A DNA stretch of 64,000 bases, from NCBI GenBank assembly GCA_002269645.1, contig NIVC01002150.1, positions 124,001 to 188,000 of the forward strand, read 5' to 3'. Source of the DNA: Macrostomum lignano (lineage: Eukaryota). A program made the translations under genes and the position numbers. Below the pieces are notes generated by a model, which worked only from the letters and a program-made list of their open reading frames with translations, was not told where the DNA came from and did not search any database. Shown here piece after piece: positions 37,555 through 51,710 of this stretch (the stretch's first letter is position 1; every line of letters starts with the position of its first letter).

Positions 37555-37925
37555 CCCGGCCCCAAGCACTGAGTTTGGCGCCGGCCTCTGGCACTGAGTT
37601 TGGCGCCGGGCCCTAGCACTGAGTTTGGCGCCGGCCTCTGGCACTGAGTTTGGCGCCGGCCTCTAGCACTGAGTTTGGCGCCGGCCTCTAGCACTGAGTT
37701 TGGCGCCGGCCTCTGGCACTGAGTTTGGCGCCGGCCTCTAGCACTGAGTTTGGCGCCGGCCTCTGGCACTGAGTTTGGCGCCGGCCCCAAGCACTGAGTT
37801 TGGCGCCGGCCCAAGCACTGAGTTTGGCGCCGGCCCCTAGCACTGAGTTTGCATGGCGCCTCCTCTGGCACTGAGTTTTGCGCCAGGCTCTGGCACTGAG
37901 TTTTGCGCCAGGCTCTGGCACTGCG
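37555..37925. repeat. 25-bp tandem array x about 14
   Basis: GCACTGAGTTTGGCGCCGGCCTCT(A/G). Confidence 0.93.
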
Positions 37926-39819
37926 TTTATCACCCGGCCTCTAGCAGGAGGCATGTCCCACAAATTCCTACTTGAACTGCTGTGCAGTGATGCAAGCCCT
38001 AGTCTCAACATGCAGCAGCTATATATGATCCAACTGGAGCTGAAAGCGGCAACTGTGCTTCACAGTTTCATGTGGCACCACTAGTGTTGTCTGTCATACA
38101 TCAGTTACATAATAATTAGTATAAAATGTGGATGGATAATCCATATTTAATTGTAACTATTGCGTAATCAATCCATGCACAAGGCTAGCTACAGCATACT
38201 GAGCTGCTTCAGCGCACTAAAGCAATCAGAAAGCGTGGGAAAATCTGCTTTTAAATCATGCAGATAGTCGCACATGCATGTAATCGTATGTGCCAACATT
38301 ATACATGTAGAAGCATGGAATGATGGCAGCCTTTTTGGTTGCGCCCCACCCCCTATTATCGAGTGCAATTAGATAGACTAGGTTAATTTCGCAATAGTCT
38401 CTCTGGAGACCCATGCACGTAGTGTTGAAAAAACGTTATTTGTAAGAACGCGATTACGAAATTTACGCAATTACGAAATATTACGAAAAATTTAATTTAG
38501 TAATTAAAAAATTGCTGAGAAAACTGCCTGAAACTGTTTCAGCGCTAATTCTTTTATTGCACCTAAAAGTGTCAGGACTTTAATTTACATGTATACTTAT
38601 GTTGTTATTCGTGGCGAATTGTTTCTGTTCTAAATTCTTTACTCGTAATATAGCCATGCAAAAGTTAGACAAAATATGGGAAAATGTCTAGATATATGGG
38701 CAAAATTTCGGCGGGCCCACCTCTCTCTCTGATAAATTATACTACTACATCATGACTTACACGGCTGGAACAACAATCTCATTAAGCTTATATATGCATA
38801 ATCCAGAAATATCAAACTCAATTTTTAACCTTACGGCATTTTCATGTTCCACTTTTAAAAAAGCTAAATGACGATTGATTAAACACTGATAAAATTTCCA
38901 TGATTAGGATTATAGGGCTACGCGTCCTTTTAACAAAACTTGAAATTTCCATTGTATTCCGAATAACAGGGTCTAGAGCTTATCTAAAATTGCCTAAATG
39001 ACCTCTGAGTTTTAACTCATATCAACAATTCAGTGCCGTACACAGGGGGAAGGGCGGAGGGCCGCACAGCTGGAGCGTCGCCATGGATTTTATGGTGGGC
39101 GGGACATGTACATGAACATGCATGTACATTATTTTTCAGAATCGGTGTTATCAGCGCTCATTTTGCGCTGCAGGCACTCATTTTTGTGCCGCAGGCGCAA
39201 TATATTTCGTCATCCTGATCATTGCAAACTTATTGATTTCCATAACGGGTCACTATTAGGTTGGGTGGGGGTTAAAAAGCATAATTGACATGCCCCCCCC
39301 TTGTGGCGACGTCCCCTCAATTGCCTGGGGGGTGACAGAGGTCTGGTTGGTGCGGGAGTGGTCTGTCAGCGCGCCCGGTCAATCCGTACGCACTCCCCGG
39401 TCCGTCAGCCCGCAGAATATTCTGTTGTTGCAATGGTTAACGTTAGTTTTATCGATCAGAAAGCAACGTTCAGCCGCCGAAGATTCCGGCCCCAATTTTT
39501 GATGCACAAAAGAATGCATGAGAAGCCTATTACAATAAAGTATTTCTTTCTTTGTAAAAAAGAATTGACAAAATTTAAAATACACCCACAACAATGCAAG
39601 TTTGTTTGAATGAAAGCGCTGTTCTGGAAATTGAAGTACATATTTAACCTATTCTCACGCAGTCCAAAATTTTGATATTGACCGACTAGATAGTTACTTT
39701 ATTTATTTTTAGTAGCTGGCCCTTGCTTTTCAACTTTTCAAGCGATAATAATAGTTTCAACCAGTGCACGAGGATCAACAAAGCATCATTCATATCGTAT
39801 ACTCGCTTTAACAGTTAAT

Positions 39820-42800
39820 ATGAAGAAAAAGAATCAACTGAAGTCAACCAACAGACCGAGCCTGGCTGATGATATTGCTCAGCAAGACCAGCCTTCTCAG
39901 AAATCTGGACGAAAACGTAAATTAAATGAAGATGATGGTCCTGTATCTATAAAAGTAAGTAAAAAGCTGAACAGTGAAAGAAGAGTGTTCTCATCACAGA
40001 CTCTGTATTAAGACCTAGCTTCAGCAGTTAGCAAGTTGTGAACTGCCATATTATATTGGTTTGATTGAACACTTTGTTAAGGCTAAGCCCATAGGCATAA
40101 TAATATAAATTTAATAGGGCAGGGCATTATGAGCCTATAACAGAACTCAAAACTTTATCCTTTAACATTAGAGTAAATGTGATTTATGTTTTTGTTATAG
40201 CTTAAATGCCTTAGGCCTAATATTAGAATATCAATTGACATACACACAAACATACACATATATAGTTTTCATTTTTAGTATATCTGATTCATAGTAAATG
40301 TTAATTTAATGGGCCTATATAGATCTGGATCATTTTTGAATCCTAGTCATCTTATCAACTATCAAGTGCCATTTTGTAAACTTATCTACAAATAGGTTTT
40401 AGATAACTTTATTGGTCATTTTATTGTTTCAATATACATTTTTACTATAGAACATTTGGTTTAATCTGAACACTAAAAAGGTATATAAAAATCATTGAGA
40501 GGGGTTCTATTGAGTCTTAAAAACTCTATTTTAGAGTTCTAAGTACTACAATTAGGGGGCCTAATATGTATTAATACAAAATGATAATACAATCTACATT
40601 GATTATGTATAGATAAATTTTTTGAATTGACAGCAATGATGGGCACTACTAAATTTATTTTTAGTGCTGCTAATTAGTGCTATCGCTAACCGATAAAAGA
40701 AATAATTAGCAATCGCTAACTAGTAGGTGCTATTTCTACTTTGAATTTAGCGTAATTAGCGCTGCTAATTTTGAAATGTGAGAATTGATTAATACATTTA
40801 ATATAAACTACCATTTGACATGTATTTATGCATTCTTGCACATTTTTAACTCACACATTTTAAATGAATAAGCTAATAATGCCATTGCTAATAATTTGTT
40901 TTTATTATCAATGCTAATAAAAAATCATAAAGCTGCTGAACTATCAGAGCAATAGTTGGTAGAAAGAGTTCCTAAACTACAATGCTGTTTGCCTTGAAAA
41001 ACGTCAAGGGCCCTTACTACTGGGGCCATGGCCTTCTTATACTCAAGAAGGAAAGTGAGATCATCAGCCTGAAATGGTGGTATAGGATTTATTATCCCAC
41101 TATCACCCTATTGATATAGCCTGTTGCTTTGCATCATCGCTTAGAGAATATCAACTGAGCAGAATGTTGAATTCTTTGATTAAATTATTAAATGAAGTCA
41201 AACGAATCAACAACTTTTTGCTAACAAATTAAAGGTAGTAAGAAAACTTTTAAAAGTCAATAACAAAAACAAGATTAATTGTTGATAACAAAAGCAAAAA
41301 AAAAGAAATTCAAATTTAATTTCGAATTTCTAAGAAAGTTAGAAACATCAGAGATTTACTATAGGTGGATTTATGTAATCTTTAACTTATTACTCAAATA
41401 GGGTCTCGTTTTTTGTATTAAACAGTCATTAACTGTCTAGTTTTATAGCAAAAAAAATATTTAGTTATGTTTGGGTAAAAATTCTTTACAATAGGTTCAT
41501 TATGATTTGTAGAAAAAAATGGAAGCCAAATTTCAAACATTGATTATGATTCTTTAGAAGAATTTATAAAGATAATTTTTGGGCAATAGGTGTCAAAATG
41601 AATAGAAATTTTCAAACACTCAGCTTGCCACTCTACTAATACTATGTTATACTTTTATAGCAGTTATACTTTTATAATAGTAAAGGTGATACTGCTGACT
41701 CATTTAATTAGAATCAATGATAATCTTTTAGTAGCCTTGGAAATATCAGTTAGCAATAAAGAATAAGGATATCATGATAGCAATTGGCTACAATTGGATT
41801 GACACACTCTTAGAATACATCACTTGTCCTACTTAAACATTGAAATCAATAAAATTGGCTTGCAACCAAAAATTGTCAACAAATCATGAGTATAGCATCC
41901 TAATGTACTGCTAGTGGTTCATGCTAGAAAACTTGCAAGGAGTCAATAAGCAAGGATGTTAATTGCTTCAAACATATCTTTTTCTGCATTATTTGGGTTG
42001 AACAAAATAATTTATAAGCAAAAGAAACAAATATAATAGTTTTCATATACCAACAAACTCCTTAATTCATGATTCTTTAATGCTTAATGCAAGCTTTAGC
42101 TTAAAAATCAAGAACCACATAATCTATTGTCTCTTTTTTACCATTGTATAATTGTATTTTGATCAGTTTTGTGCTTTTGGAAATATTTAATGCTTAATTG
42201 GCAGTTTAACACCTATTTTTTATTTTAAAGTACTGGAAGTACTGGCTTATCAATGGTAACTTCCATTACCAAAGTTTGTCATTCTAAAAAAAGCTAGAAA
42301 AAGTGCCACTTTAAAAGAAGCATAATTCTTAAGGCATATTGTAAACAAAACATTTAGTTGAAGGCTTTTTTTGCAGTATAATGTCTAGTGTATAAAAGAA
42401 CTTTTGTTTGAATTCTAGCAATTAATTTCCCCTATTAGTGTAATAAAGTTACACTGTGCAAGTGGGGGGCACCTATTAAATATCTAAAGAATAGGCCTAG
42501 CTTCTATGTATTTAGCACATTTCAAAGCTGCAATAAAGATTAAAAGTCATGCCAAGGAAAATTAGGGTGCATTATCAAACTTGTTTATATCTTGAATTAG
42601 ACTAAGTAGATTATTTATACAAATGTGTAGTGTGATTTAATATAAGTATTGGAAATATCATTTTAGATTGGTCATAATTTTTTATGACTTATAATTGGGA
42701 GTTTCAAATCCTAACCTATTTAATAAACCAATTTTTAGTATGTCGACAGCAAACTGAGCCAGAAAATTCTCAAAGTTGCACAGGAGCAGCTGGCCGAAAC

Positions 42801-45800
42801 TCGCCTGTAAGTTCAGTAAATAAAACTTGCTAAAATCAATCACCTGTCTAGATAAAAGCATTTCATTTTTATTTAGTCCAGTAAATTATAACTTAATAAA
42901 CCTTTCTATGGAAGAAATCTAATGTAGGTCCAAATGTAGAATTTATAATGAAAGCTAAAATTGAGATATCAGTTTATCTGTTGAAACATCTTTCTTTCCT
43001 GGAAGATTAACCAAATAGTCGTACTTTTGAGTAGCAACAGCAGAGTTTGATACTTCAAAAATTATATTCTACCATATGCACAGTTGTAGCTGTATTAGCA
43101 GTTTTTTTACTAGGCAGTGGCTTATTCTCACATATTTTTAACTGCCGTAGTCAGTCTATAATAGTTGTAGCCATGATTATTATGCATTAAATTAAGTTAT
43201 TACTGTGAAACTAGGACTCTGGGTTTCATTCATCAAGAATGTAATGCATACATGCGCAACTTCTGAAATTACGCTGGCCGTGCGACTTAGTTTTCGATAA
43301 AAAATGCGACTTACCTATGAAAGAGCCAAGCAAAAACTTTAGGTAAACGGCAGGAGTAACTATGACTATATTTTTTAAAGCTAAATGCCTCGCCAGCTAA
43401 TTAGTGCTGCGTGCAGATTCCGCGTTTTTATAACAGCTAATCAGTATGTCATCTAGTGGCGGCATGAAGCAATTAGTAAATTGTCAGTACAGTGTAGTGA
43501 GCATACTACAAAAGTCATGATTCATGAATGTCCAGAAGTAAGTGAAGTGAATACAGTGTTAGGCCCTACCTATAGCTCAAGAACGATTTGCTAGACGATT
43601 TGGCATGGAAGATGAGAGCCCTGATTCAGATGGCTCATCAGATGCAGAATACGAATCCAGTAGAGATACAAGCTGTGAAAACCCACAGATTTTTAAACCA
43701 CTGAATTCTAATTCCCAGAACTATTTTTGCATAGATTCTAAATTTGAAGTCATGCTCAAACAAAAACTTGTTAACAGTAAGGAAAAAGGCAAAGATGGGA
43801 GTAATGCATGTTAAACTAAGATTTGAGGCCTTTGCAAATTCTCTCCATTCCTCAATCTTCTCATCCTCTTTTTCTTTTCTCTCTCATCCCTTATCCCTTC
43901 TCTCTTTCCTCTCCTCTCTCCTCTCTTTCCTCTCCTCTCCTATCTCTTCTGTCTCCTCTCTACATTCTTATCTCTCCTCTCGTCTCTCTCCATTCCACTC
44001 TACTCTCTCATCTTATCTTCCCTCTCGTCTCTCTCCACTCTACTCTCTCATTATCTCTCCTCTCTTTTCTACTCTCTCATCTCTCCTCTCTTCACTCTCC
44101 TCTCATCTCCTCTTTATCCTCTCTTCTCTCATCTACTCTCTCCTCTTTCCTCTTTCCTCTCTTCTGATCTTATCCATCATCTTTTCTTTCCTCTTTTCTC
44201 TCATCTCCTCTTCTCTCTCATCTCTTTTTCCTCCCTCAGCTTTTCTCTCCTCTTCTATCTTTTCTCCCATCGCATCGCTCGCCTCTCCTCTGTTTGCTTA
44301 TCTCTAATCTTCTATTCCCTCTACTTTGAAGTAAGAAAATATGCACATATTTTTGCTGAAGATAAGAGGAGAGAAGAGGGCATTGAGGAGAAAGGGTAGA
44401 GAGAAAGGGGGAGAAGAGAGGAGAGTAAAAATGAGAGGAGAGAGAAGAGGGAAAAGGGGGGAGAGAGAGAAGAGGGGAGGCAAGGTAGAGAAGAAGAGAG
44501 AGATGAGAGTTGAAGAGACACCAACCTTGCTACTCGAAGTTAGGAAGTTTCAAAGAACCCGAGGGGCGAGGGCCAGATAGAGGGGCTTCGCGAGCCGGAG
44601 TTTGCCAACCCCTGCTCCAGAGTTAAAGAAATGACGCGGGCTTCTGATTTCAAAGATCTTGTCTGTGGTTGAAGGCTTCTATTCTGTTTTTGCTCTCCTG
44701 CCACACTTGCACCTACTACCCCCTGATTGCCTCTGATTGTGACTTACTTCCCTCTTATTGCGACTTAGTTGCTTCTTTTTGCGACTTACCTAATCCTTTT
44801 TGCGACTTACTTAATCCTTTTTGCGACTTACCTAATCCTTTTGCGACTTACCTAACCCGTTTGCGACTTACCTAATCCTTTTTGCGACTTACTTAATCCT
44901 TTTTGCGACTTACTTAATCCTTTTGCGACTTACCTAACCCTTTGCGACTTACCTAACCCTTTGTGACTTACCTAATCCTTTTGTGACTTACCTAATCCTT
45001 TTTGCGACTTACTTAATCCTTTTTGCGACTTACCTAATCCTTTTGCGACTTACCTAACCCTTTTGCGACTTACCTAATCCTTTTTGCGACTTACCTAACC
45101 CTTTGTGACTTAGCTAATCCTTTTTGCGACTTACCTAACCCTTTGTGACTTAGCTAATCCTTTTTGCGACTTACCTAACCCTTTGTGACTTACCTAATCC
45201 TTTTTGCGTCTTACCTAATCCTTTTTGCGACTTACTTAATCCTTTTTGCGACTTACCTAACCTTTTGCGACTTACCTAACCCTTTGTGACTTACCTAATC
45301 CTTTTTGCGACTTACCTAATCCCTTTTGCGACTTACCTAATCCTTTTTGCGACTTACTTAATCCTTTTGCGACTTACCTAACCCTTTGTGACTTACCTAA
45401 TCCTTTTTGCGACTTACCTAATCCTTTTTGCGACTTACCTAATCCTTTTGCGACTTAGCTGATCCTTTTGCGACTTACCTAATCCTTTTTGCGACTTACC
45501 TAACCCTTTTGCGACTTAGCTGATCCTTTTGCGACTTACCTGATCCTTTTGCGACTTACCTAACCCTTTTGCGACTTACCTAACCCTTTTGCGACTTACC
45601 TAACCCTTTTGCGACTTAGCTGATCCTTTTGCGACTTACCTGATCCTTTTGCGACTTACCTGATTCTTTTTGCGACTTACCTAATCCTTTTTGCGACTTA
45701 CCTAATCCTTTTTGCGACTTACCTAATCCTTTTTGCGACTTACCTAATCCTTTTTGGGACTTAACTAATCCTTTTTGGGACTTACCTAATCCTTTTTGCG

Positions 45801-48800
45801 ACTTACCTAATCCTTTTTGCGACTTACCTAATCCTTTTTGGGACTTAACTAATCCTTTTTGCGACTTACCTAACCCTTTTGCGACTTACCTGATTCCTGT
45901 TGCGACTTACCTGATCCTTTTTGCGACTTACCTGATCCTTTTTGCGACTTACCTGATTATTTTTACAACTTAGTTTGCTTCTTTTGCGAATTGTTTTTCT
46001 TTTGCTTCATTATTTTCCCTGAACTGCTCTTTCTTTCGCTTTCCTCTTGCCTTTCTTGGTTCTTGTGTTTTTGTGTTTTTGGTTGACTCAATTTTGCGAC
46101 TTACCCCTGGTCAGCCACGATTTACGGTGGCCGAATCGGCCAGGTCGGCCAGCAGTTGCGCATGTATGATGTAATGTCAGCTGGCATAATATACAGAAAT
46201 CAATAGGATTAATAACAGTGCCACTTTTCCATATTCCCTTGAAATGTATAAGCAAAATTTAGCTTATTTAATTATATTATGTTTTAACTTTTTTCGTAGG
46301 TATTTTACACTGAAAAAATATTTTAGCGCCAGAACTAGATTTTAGCGCCTCAGTCTAGATTTTAGATAGGTTATAGGTATAGGTTAGATATATAGGTTAG
46401 GGTTAGAAAGTTGACAGATTTTTTTAGATTTCATGGCTTATGGGGAGCATCGCTGAGATGTCAAGGGGGGAAGTTGATATGTTAAAGCTTGTGGGGGGGG
46501 AATAACTGACATGTCAAGGCTTACAAGGGACTGCTTTCAAAGCAGTATATTAATGCAGAGATATTGCAAAGAGATGCTACATGTAGCTTATTACAAAACT
46601 TGTACTGCATTTTTTGGCTCCCCAACGCTAAGATACTAAGCTAAAAAATACTACTAGCGCTTCACAAACTTATGCAGATGTCAGGCTGTAGGGTTAGTGT
46701 TAGCGTTGGTGTTAGGGTATAGGGTTAGGGTTAGGGTTATAGCGTTAAGATTCGGGTTAGTGCTAGGGTTAGGGTAGCTTATAACTTAGCTCATGTAGCT
46801 TATTAAAAATGTTTATCATAGAAGCGTCATGCAAAAATAATGGAAGCGTCATGTGAAAAATAATGGAAGAGTCATGCAAAAAATCATAGAAGCATCATGC
46901 AAAAACTCATGGACAAAAGATTAAATTTAGGGTTATGTTTAGGGTTAGGGTTAGGGCTATTAGAAGTTTTACAGGAGATTTTTTAAGATTTCAAGGCTAC
47001 ATGTAGCTTATTAAAAAACGTTTATTTCATTTCTTTAGCTCCCCAACGGGGGCGTAGATTGCTAGTGCTAGCTCTTAGCGCTACAGTCTAGATCTTAGCG
47101 CTACAGGCTAGATTTTAGCGCCATAGACTAGACTTTAGCCCCACAGGCTAGCTTTTTGTGTTTTTGCACCTAGGAGAGATCTTTATTCATTCCTAGGGGG
47201 TCTTTGACCACCTTGACCTCCCCTTGATAATCCCTCATTGAGGTTAATCCTTATTTGAGGGAGAGCAGTTGGGGAGGGAATTGAGAATTAAATATTCTCA
47301 ATCAAGCCTGTTGTTAATTCTCAAACAACAACAGACAGCCGCAGTCTAAGCGAACCACAAAATCGGCGAGAGGCGGCGCATCAGCTTCGGCGAGAAAGTT
47401 CGCATCAACCGGTAGACGTCAGCGCGATGAAGCGGACAGCGACAGTGAGGACAGCGACGGCGAGGACGACGACAGTGAAGAAAGCGATAGCGACGGCGCA
47501 CACAACGCCGATGAAGGCGATGCAGGCGAGGCCGTTGATGCCAGCGCCGAGCTGGCCAATCAGCTGTACACGGATGAGGGCGGCCCGCTCGGCCAGCTGG
47601 ACGCCGAACAGCTGCGCTCGTTGATCGCCGAGAAGCGAACAGAAATTGACGAAGAATTGGTGTCGGGCGTCGGCGGCGGCAGCGAGGCCGGTGCCAGCCG
47701 GGTCAGCAGCTGTTTGCCAGACTCGGTGCGGGAGCACTTCGAATCCTGCCGAGCTGTGCTCAGCCAGTACCGCAGCGGCAAGCTGCCCAAGCCTGTGAAA
47801 CAGTTGCCGCATTTTTCTCAGTGGCAGGAACTGGTCGAACTGTTGGATCCAAACTCTTGGACTGCGGCGGCAATGTGTGCCGTTACTAAATACTTTGCCG
47901 CTAAAGGGAAGACGCAGGCTTTGCAATTCTTCCAGGTGAAAAATGAATATTTTTCTTCGGATATATTGTACAAAGTCGTAGTGGCATTAGCTGTCTAATT
48001 GAATCGGTGTGCTTTTCTAATAGCAAGACAACGTTGACGGCAGGGAGAAGGGCGCAAAGACTGAAGAAAGAAAGGCGGGGGGAGACGAGAAAGGCAAGAG
48101 GAGGGAAGAGATATGTGAGAGGGAAGAGAATGGCGAGAGAAAAGAGAAAAGCGAGAGGGGGGAGAGAAAGGTGAGAATGAGAAGAGGAGGGCGAGGAAAA
48201 GTGAGAGGTGAAGAGAAAGGCGAGAAGGGGCGAAGAAAAGCGAGAGGAGGGCGAGGAAAAGGGAGGGTAGGGTGAGGAAAGGCGAGAGAAGGAGAGAAAG
48301 GTGACATGGGGCGAAGAAAGACGAGAAGAGAGTGAGGAAAGGCAATTGGAGGTAGAGAAATGCGAGTTGTGGCTGTAGCCGGGAAATGAGAAGTGACAGT
48401 ATCAGATATGACAAACTGAGAAGAAAAATATAGAAAAGAATACAAAAGATGTTTATCTTTTTACGTAGGGTAGCAGACTAGTCATTTTCACCATTGCTTT
48501 GTTAATATTAGTCTTATCGCACAGCCCCTGACCCTCTCGCGCAGGGCTACTTGCTTCCCCGCTGTCGCGACGACATAGCCGAGTATAGGCGTCTTAACTT
48601 TCACTTGTACTCGGCGCTGCGCAAAGCACTGTTTAGGCAGCGGGAGTTTTTCTGCGGCTTACTGCTGCCCTGGGCTAGGGAGTCGATCTCCCTGCCGGAG
48701 GCTACGATCATTGGGGGCCTGTTGCGCCGGGTCAGCATCCCTGTAAAGTACGCCGCCCCGGCCCTGCACATGCTGCTGCAGCTGCCGTACAGCGGCGGCC

Positions 48801-49117
48801 GGGCCATTCTAATCCGGGTGCTGCTGGAAAAGAAATATAACCTACCGGATCCTGTGCTTGGCCAGGCTTTGGCTCATTTTGTTGCTATGGAAACAGATTC
48901 GGCCGATCACCTGAACGAGGACGGTCGGCTGCCGGTGCTTTGGCACCAGGCTCTGCTGGCGCTGGTTGAACGCTACGGCGACTACTTGAGCGGCGACGAG
49001 CGGCAGCGCCTGTTGCGGCTGTGCCGGCAGCACCAGCATCCGGAGATAACGCCGGCTGTGCGACAGGCTCTCGGGGCGCTGCAACAGCGTGACGCCAGAA
49101 TGGAGACTGCCGACTAG
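39820..49117 (+). CDS. BYSL: Bystin (Enp1), 40S ribosome biogenesis factor, 4 exons, about 458 aa
   Basis: Exons 39820-39954, 42739-42806, 47335-47935 and 48545-49117 are phase-consistent (0/2/0). Motifs: LADDI, YVDSKLSQKILKVAQEQ, YRSGKLPK, WTAAAM, LLPR.RDDIAEYRRLNFHLY.AL.KALF, LLEKKYNLP, LPVLWHQALL. AATAAA at 49168-49173. Confidence 0.93.
43247..46168. mobile_element. 2.9-kb non-autonomous hAT element in bystin intron 2
   Basis: Perfect 14-bp TIRs CATACATGCGCAAC/GTTGCGCATGTATG and a perfect 8-bp TSD ATGTAATG (43239-43246 and 46169-46176). It contains CT-rich and GA-rich tracts, a partial CAGGGG-type MITE (about 44340-44615) and a satellite. Confidence 0.93.
44735..45975. repeat. 21-22-bp satellite x about 55 inside the hAT element
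   Basis: TGCGACTTACCTAATCCTTTTT. Confidence 0.96.
46370..47065 (+). mobile_element. Two partial 3' ends of the same Helitron family, plus-strand orientation
   Basis: Reverse complement of 6640-6900-type sequence. The first piece stops at CTCCCCAACG (about 46628). The second ends with hairpin GCTCCCCAACGGGGGC and CTAG (47062-47065) followed by T. It includes about 4 units of the 23-bp satellite and TTAGGG-like runs, and sits inside a short TTAGCGC..CTAGA repeat. Confidence 0.82.
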
Positions 49118-50049
49118 ACGTGGCGTTGCATGCTGCTACAGCTCGCTTGCTTGATTAAAATTGCGAGAATAAAAAAACACTAAATTTATTAAATTTTGCA
49201 TATTTGGAAATCAGCTTTTGGTTTAAGTTGTTTTTTATTTCTAGTCGAGTGAGAGCTTAGCTGATTCGCCAACAGCAGTGCAAGTTAAGCAGTAGCAGTT
49301 TGAGCTGCAGTAGGCATACTAATCGCCTTTACAAGCTTGAAAATTAACATTTTCGAACAAATACAGTAAACTTAACAAGTTGGCTGTCAACTTAAGCTCA
49401 TAATGTGGAGCCCGGGTAACTTAATGTACACAAATGATACGTAGAAGTTGGATTTGCAAAAAGCTACAAAAATTCGACCTGGGATAGGAGAGAACAAGCA
49501 AGGGGACAATTAGGACTATTATGTAAACTTAAGCTCATAAGGTGAAGTCCCTAACTTAGCTTGGGAACGTTTAGATCTCAGTCTAGTCAAGGTCCCATCA
49601 GCATCGGCGTGTCTTATTGTGTGGCTCTGGTCTCTATAGGCCCTTCCAACTGACGATTTTAGGATTTGACGTCAGTCTTTATAAAAGCAAAATGGTTATA
49701 AAAGGGTAAGAAAGGCATGGAATAATTACAGTGACAGGCAGGCAAAGCGCATTCCGATACGCCTTGTGCTCCGACTGTGACCCTGACACCGGGGCGTAAT
49801 TAGGCTGAGTGGTATTGATGCTTCCCATTTATAATTACAGGTAGGCGGAGAAGCGGGACAGCGATTATTGTTTTGCCTACCTGCATCGTTTCGCGCCTAA
49901 TTTGATGGAAAAGCATTGGTTCAATTTTCAAAGAGCTGCACGCAGTGCCTTTAATTTGTGTGTGCATTAGTTGACTCCCTCGGAAAATTGAGTTTGCTGA
50001 ATCGGAAATTGTACCATTCGAAAACTGCCGCGCCTTCCAGTTTAAGAAG

Positions 50050-51375
50050 ACTCGCTTGAATTCCAATCGAGTGAGGACAGTCGCTTGAGTTCCAATTCAG
50101 TGAGGACAGTTGCTTGAGTTCCAATCAGCGAAGACAGTCGCTTGAGTTCCAATTCAGTGAAGACAGTCGCTTGAGTTCCAATTCAGTGAGGACAGTCGCT
50201 TGAGTTCCAATTCAGTGAGGACAGTTGCTTGAGTTCCAATCAGCGAAGACAGTCGCTTGAGTTCCAATTCAGTGAAGACAGTCGCTTGAGTTCCAATTCA
50301 GTGAGGACAGTCGCTTGAGTTCTAATTCAGTGAGGACAGTTGCTTGAGTTCCAATTCAGTGAGGACAGTCGCTTGAGTTCCAATCAGTAAGGACAGTCGC
50401 TTGAGTTCCAATCAGTGAAGACAGTCGCTTGAGTTCCAATTCAGTGAGGACAGTTGCTTGAGTTCCAATTCAGTGAGGACAGTTGCTTGAGTTCCAATTC
50501 AGTGAGGACAGTCGCTTGAGTTCCAATCAGTGAAGACAGTCGCTTGAGTTCCAATTCAGTGAAGACAGTTGCTTGAGTTCCAATTCAGTGAGGACAGTCG
50601 CTTGAGTTCCAATCAGTGAAGACAGTTGCTTGAGTTCCAATCAGTGAGGACAGTTGCTTGATTTCCAATTCAGTGAAGACAGTCGCTTGAGTTCCAATTC
50701 AGTGAAGACAGTTGCTTGAGTTCCAATTCAGTGAGGACAGTCGCTTGAGTTCCAATTCAGTGAGGACAGTCGCTTGAGTTCCAATTCAGTGAGGACAGTT
50801 GCTTGAGTTCCAATTCAGTGAGGACAGTCGCTTGAGTTCCAATTCAGTGAGGACAGTCGCTTGAGTTCCAATTCAATGAGGACAGTCGCTTGAGTTCCAA
50901 TTCAGTGAGGACAGTCGCTTGAGTTCCGATTCAGTGAGGACAGTCGCTTGAGTTCCAATCAGTGAAGACAGTTGCTTGAGTTCCAATTCAGTGAGGACAG
51001 TCGCTTGAGTTCCAATTCAGTGAGGACAGTCGCTTGAGTTCCAATTCAGTGAGGACAGTCGCTTGAGTTCCGATTCAGTGAGGACAGTCGCTTGAGTTCC
51101 AATCAGTGAAGACAGTTGCTTGAGTTCCAATTCAGTGAGGACAGTCGCTTGAGTTCCAATTCAGTGAGGACAGTCGCTTGAGTTCCAATTCAGTGAGGAC
51201 AGTCGCTTGAGTTCCAATTCAGTGAGGACAGTTGCTTGAGTTCTAATCAGAGAAAACAGTCGCTTGAGTTCCAATTCAGTGAGGACAGTCGCTTGAGTTC
51301 CAATTCAGTGAGGACAGTCGCTTGAGTTCCAATTCAGTGAAGACAGTCGCTTGAGTTCCAATCAGCGAAGACAGT
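50050..51375. repeat. 28-29-bp tandem array x about 45
   Basis: GTTCCAATTCAGTGAGGACAGTCGCTTGA. Confidence 0.96.
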
Positions 51376-51710
51376 CTACAAGACACACCTAGACCATCAG
51401 AAGCTGTCTATCTAGCATATGAGAGTTCCATAAATCAGAAATCGGTGTGTGCTTTCCTATGTGTCATTCTGTTCTGTGTTCTGGACTCGCTCTTATAATG
51501 TGCTGCTAGTACATGCACATGTACATTTGAGTATCTGCTACGAGTATATGTGCTTATGTTAGCAAAACCTCATTCTGTCTAATTACAAAAGGATTGATAG
51601 CAAACCTGACTGGCAACGCGCTTACTGCTTTTGCTAGATGTATACTCAACAACATTAGTATACACTTATTACTGAATATGATTGCGCAGTAAATTCTAAT
51701 TGACTTTTGA

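Noticed and set aside
39031-39320. Complete MITE upstream of bystin
   Set aside because: The ends are only loosely inverted and no TSD could be identified. It is kept only as a terminus similarity to 60038.
43605-43814. 69-aa ORF as hAT transposase
   Set aside because: There is no BED finger, DDE or dimerisation motif. At most it is an unrecognisable N-terminal remnant.
43820-48445. Ser/Leu-rich ORFs at 43744-44307, 47995-48414 and 48017-48445
   Set aside because: They are translations of CT/GA low-complexity tracts within bystin introns.
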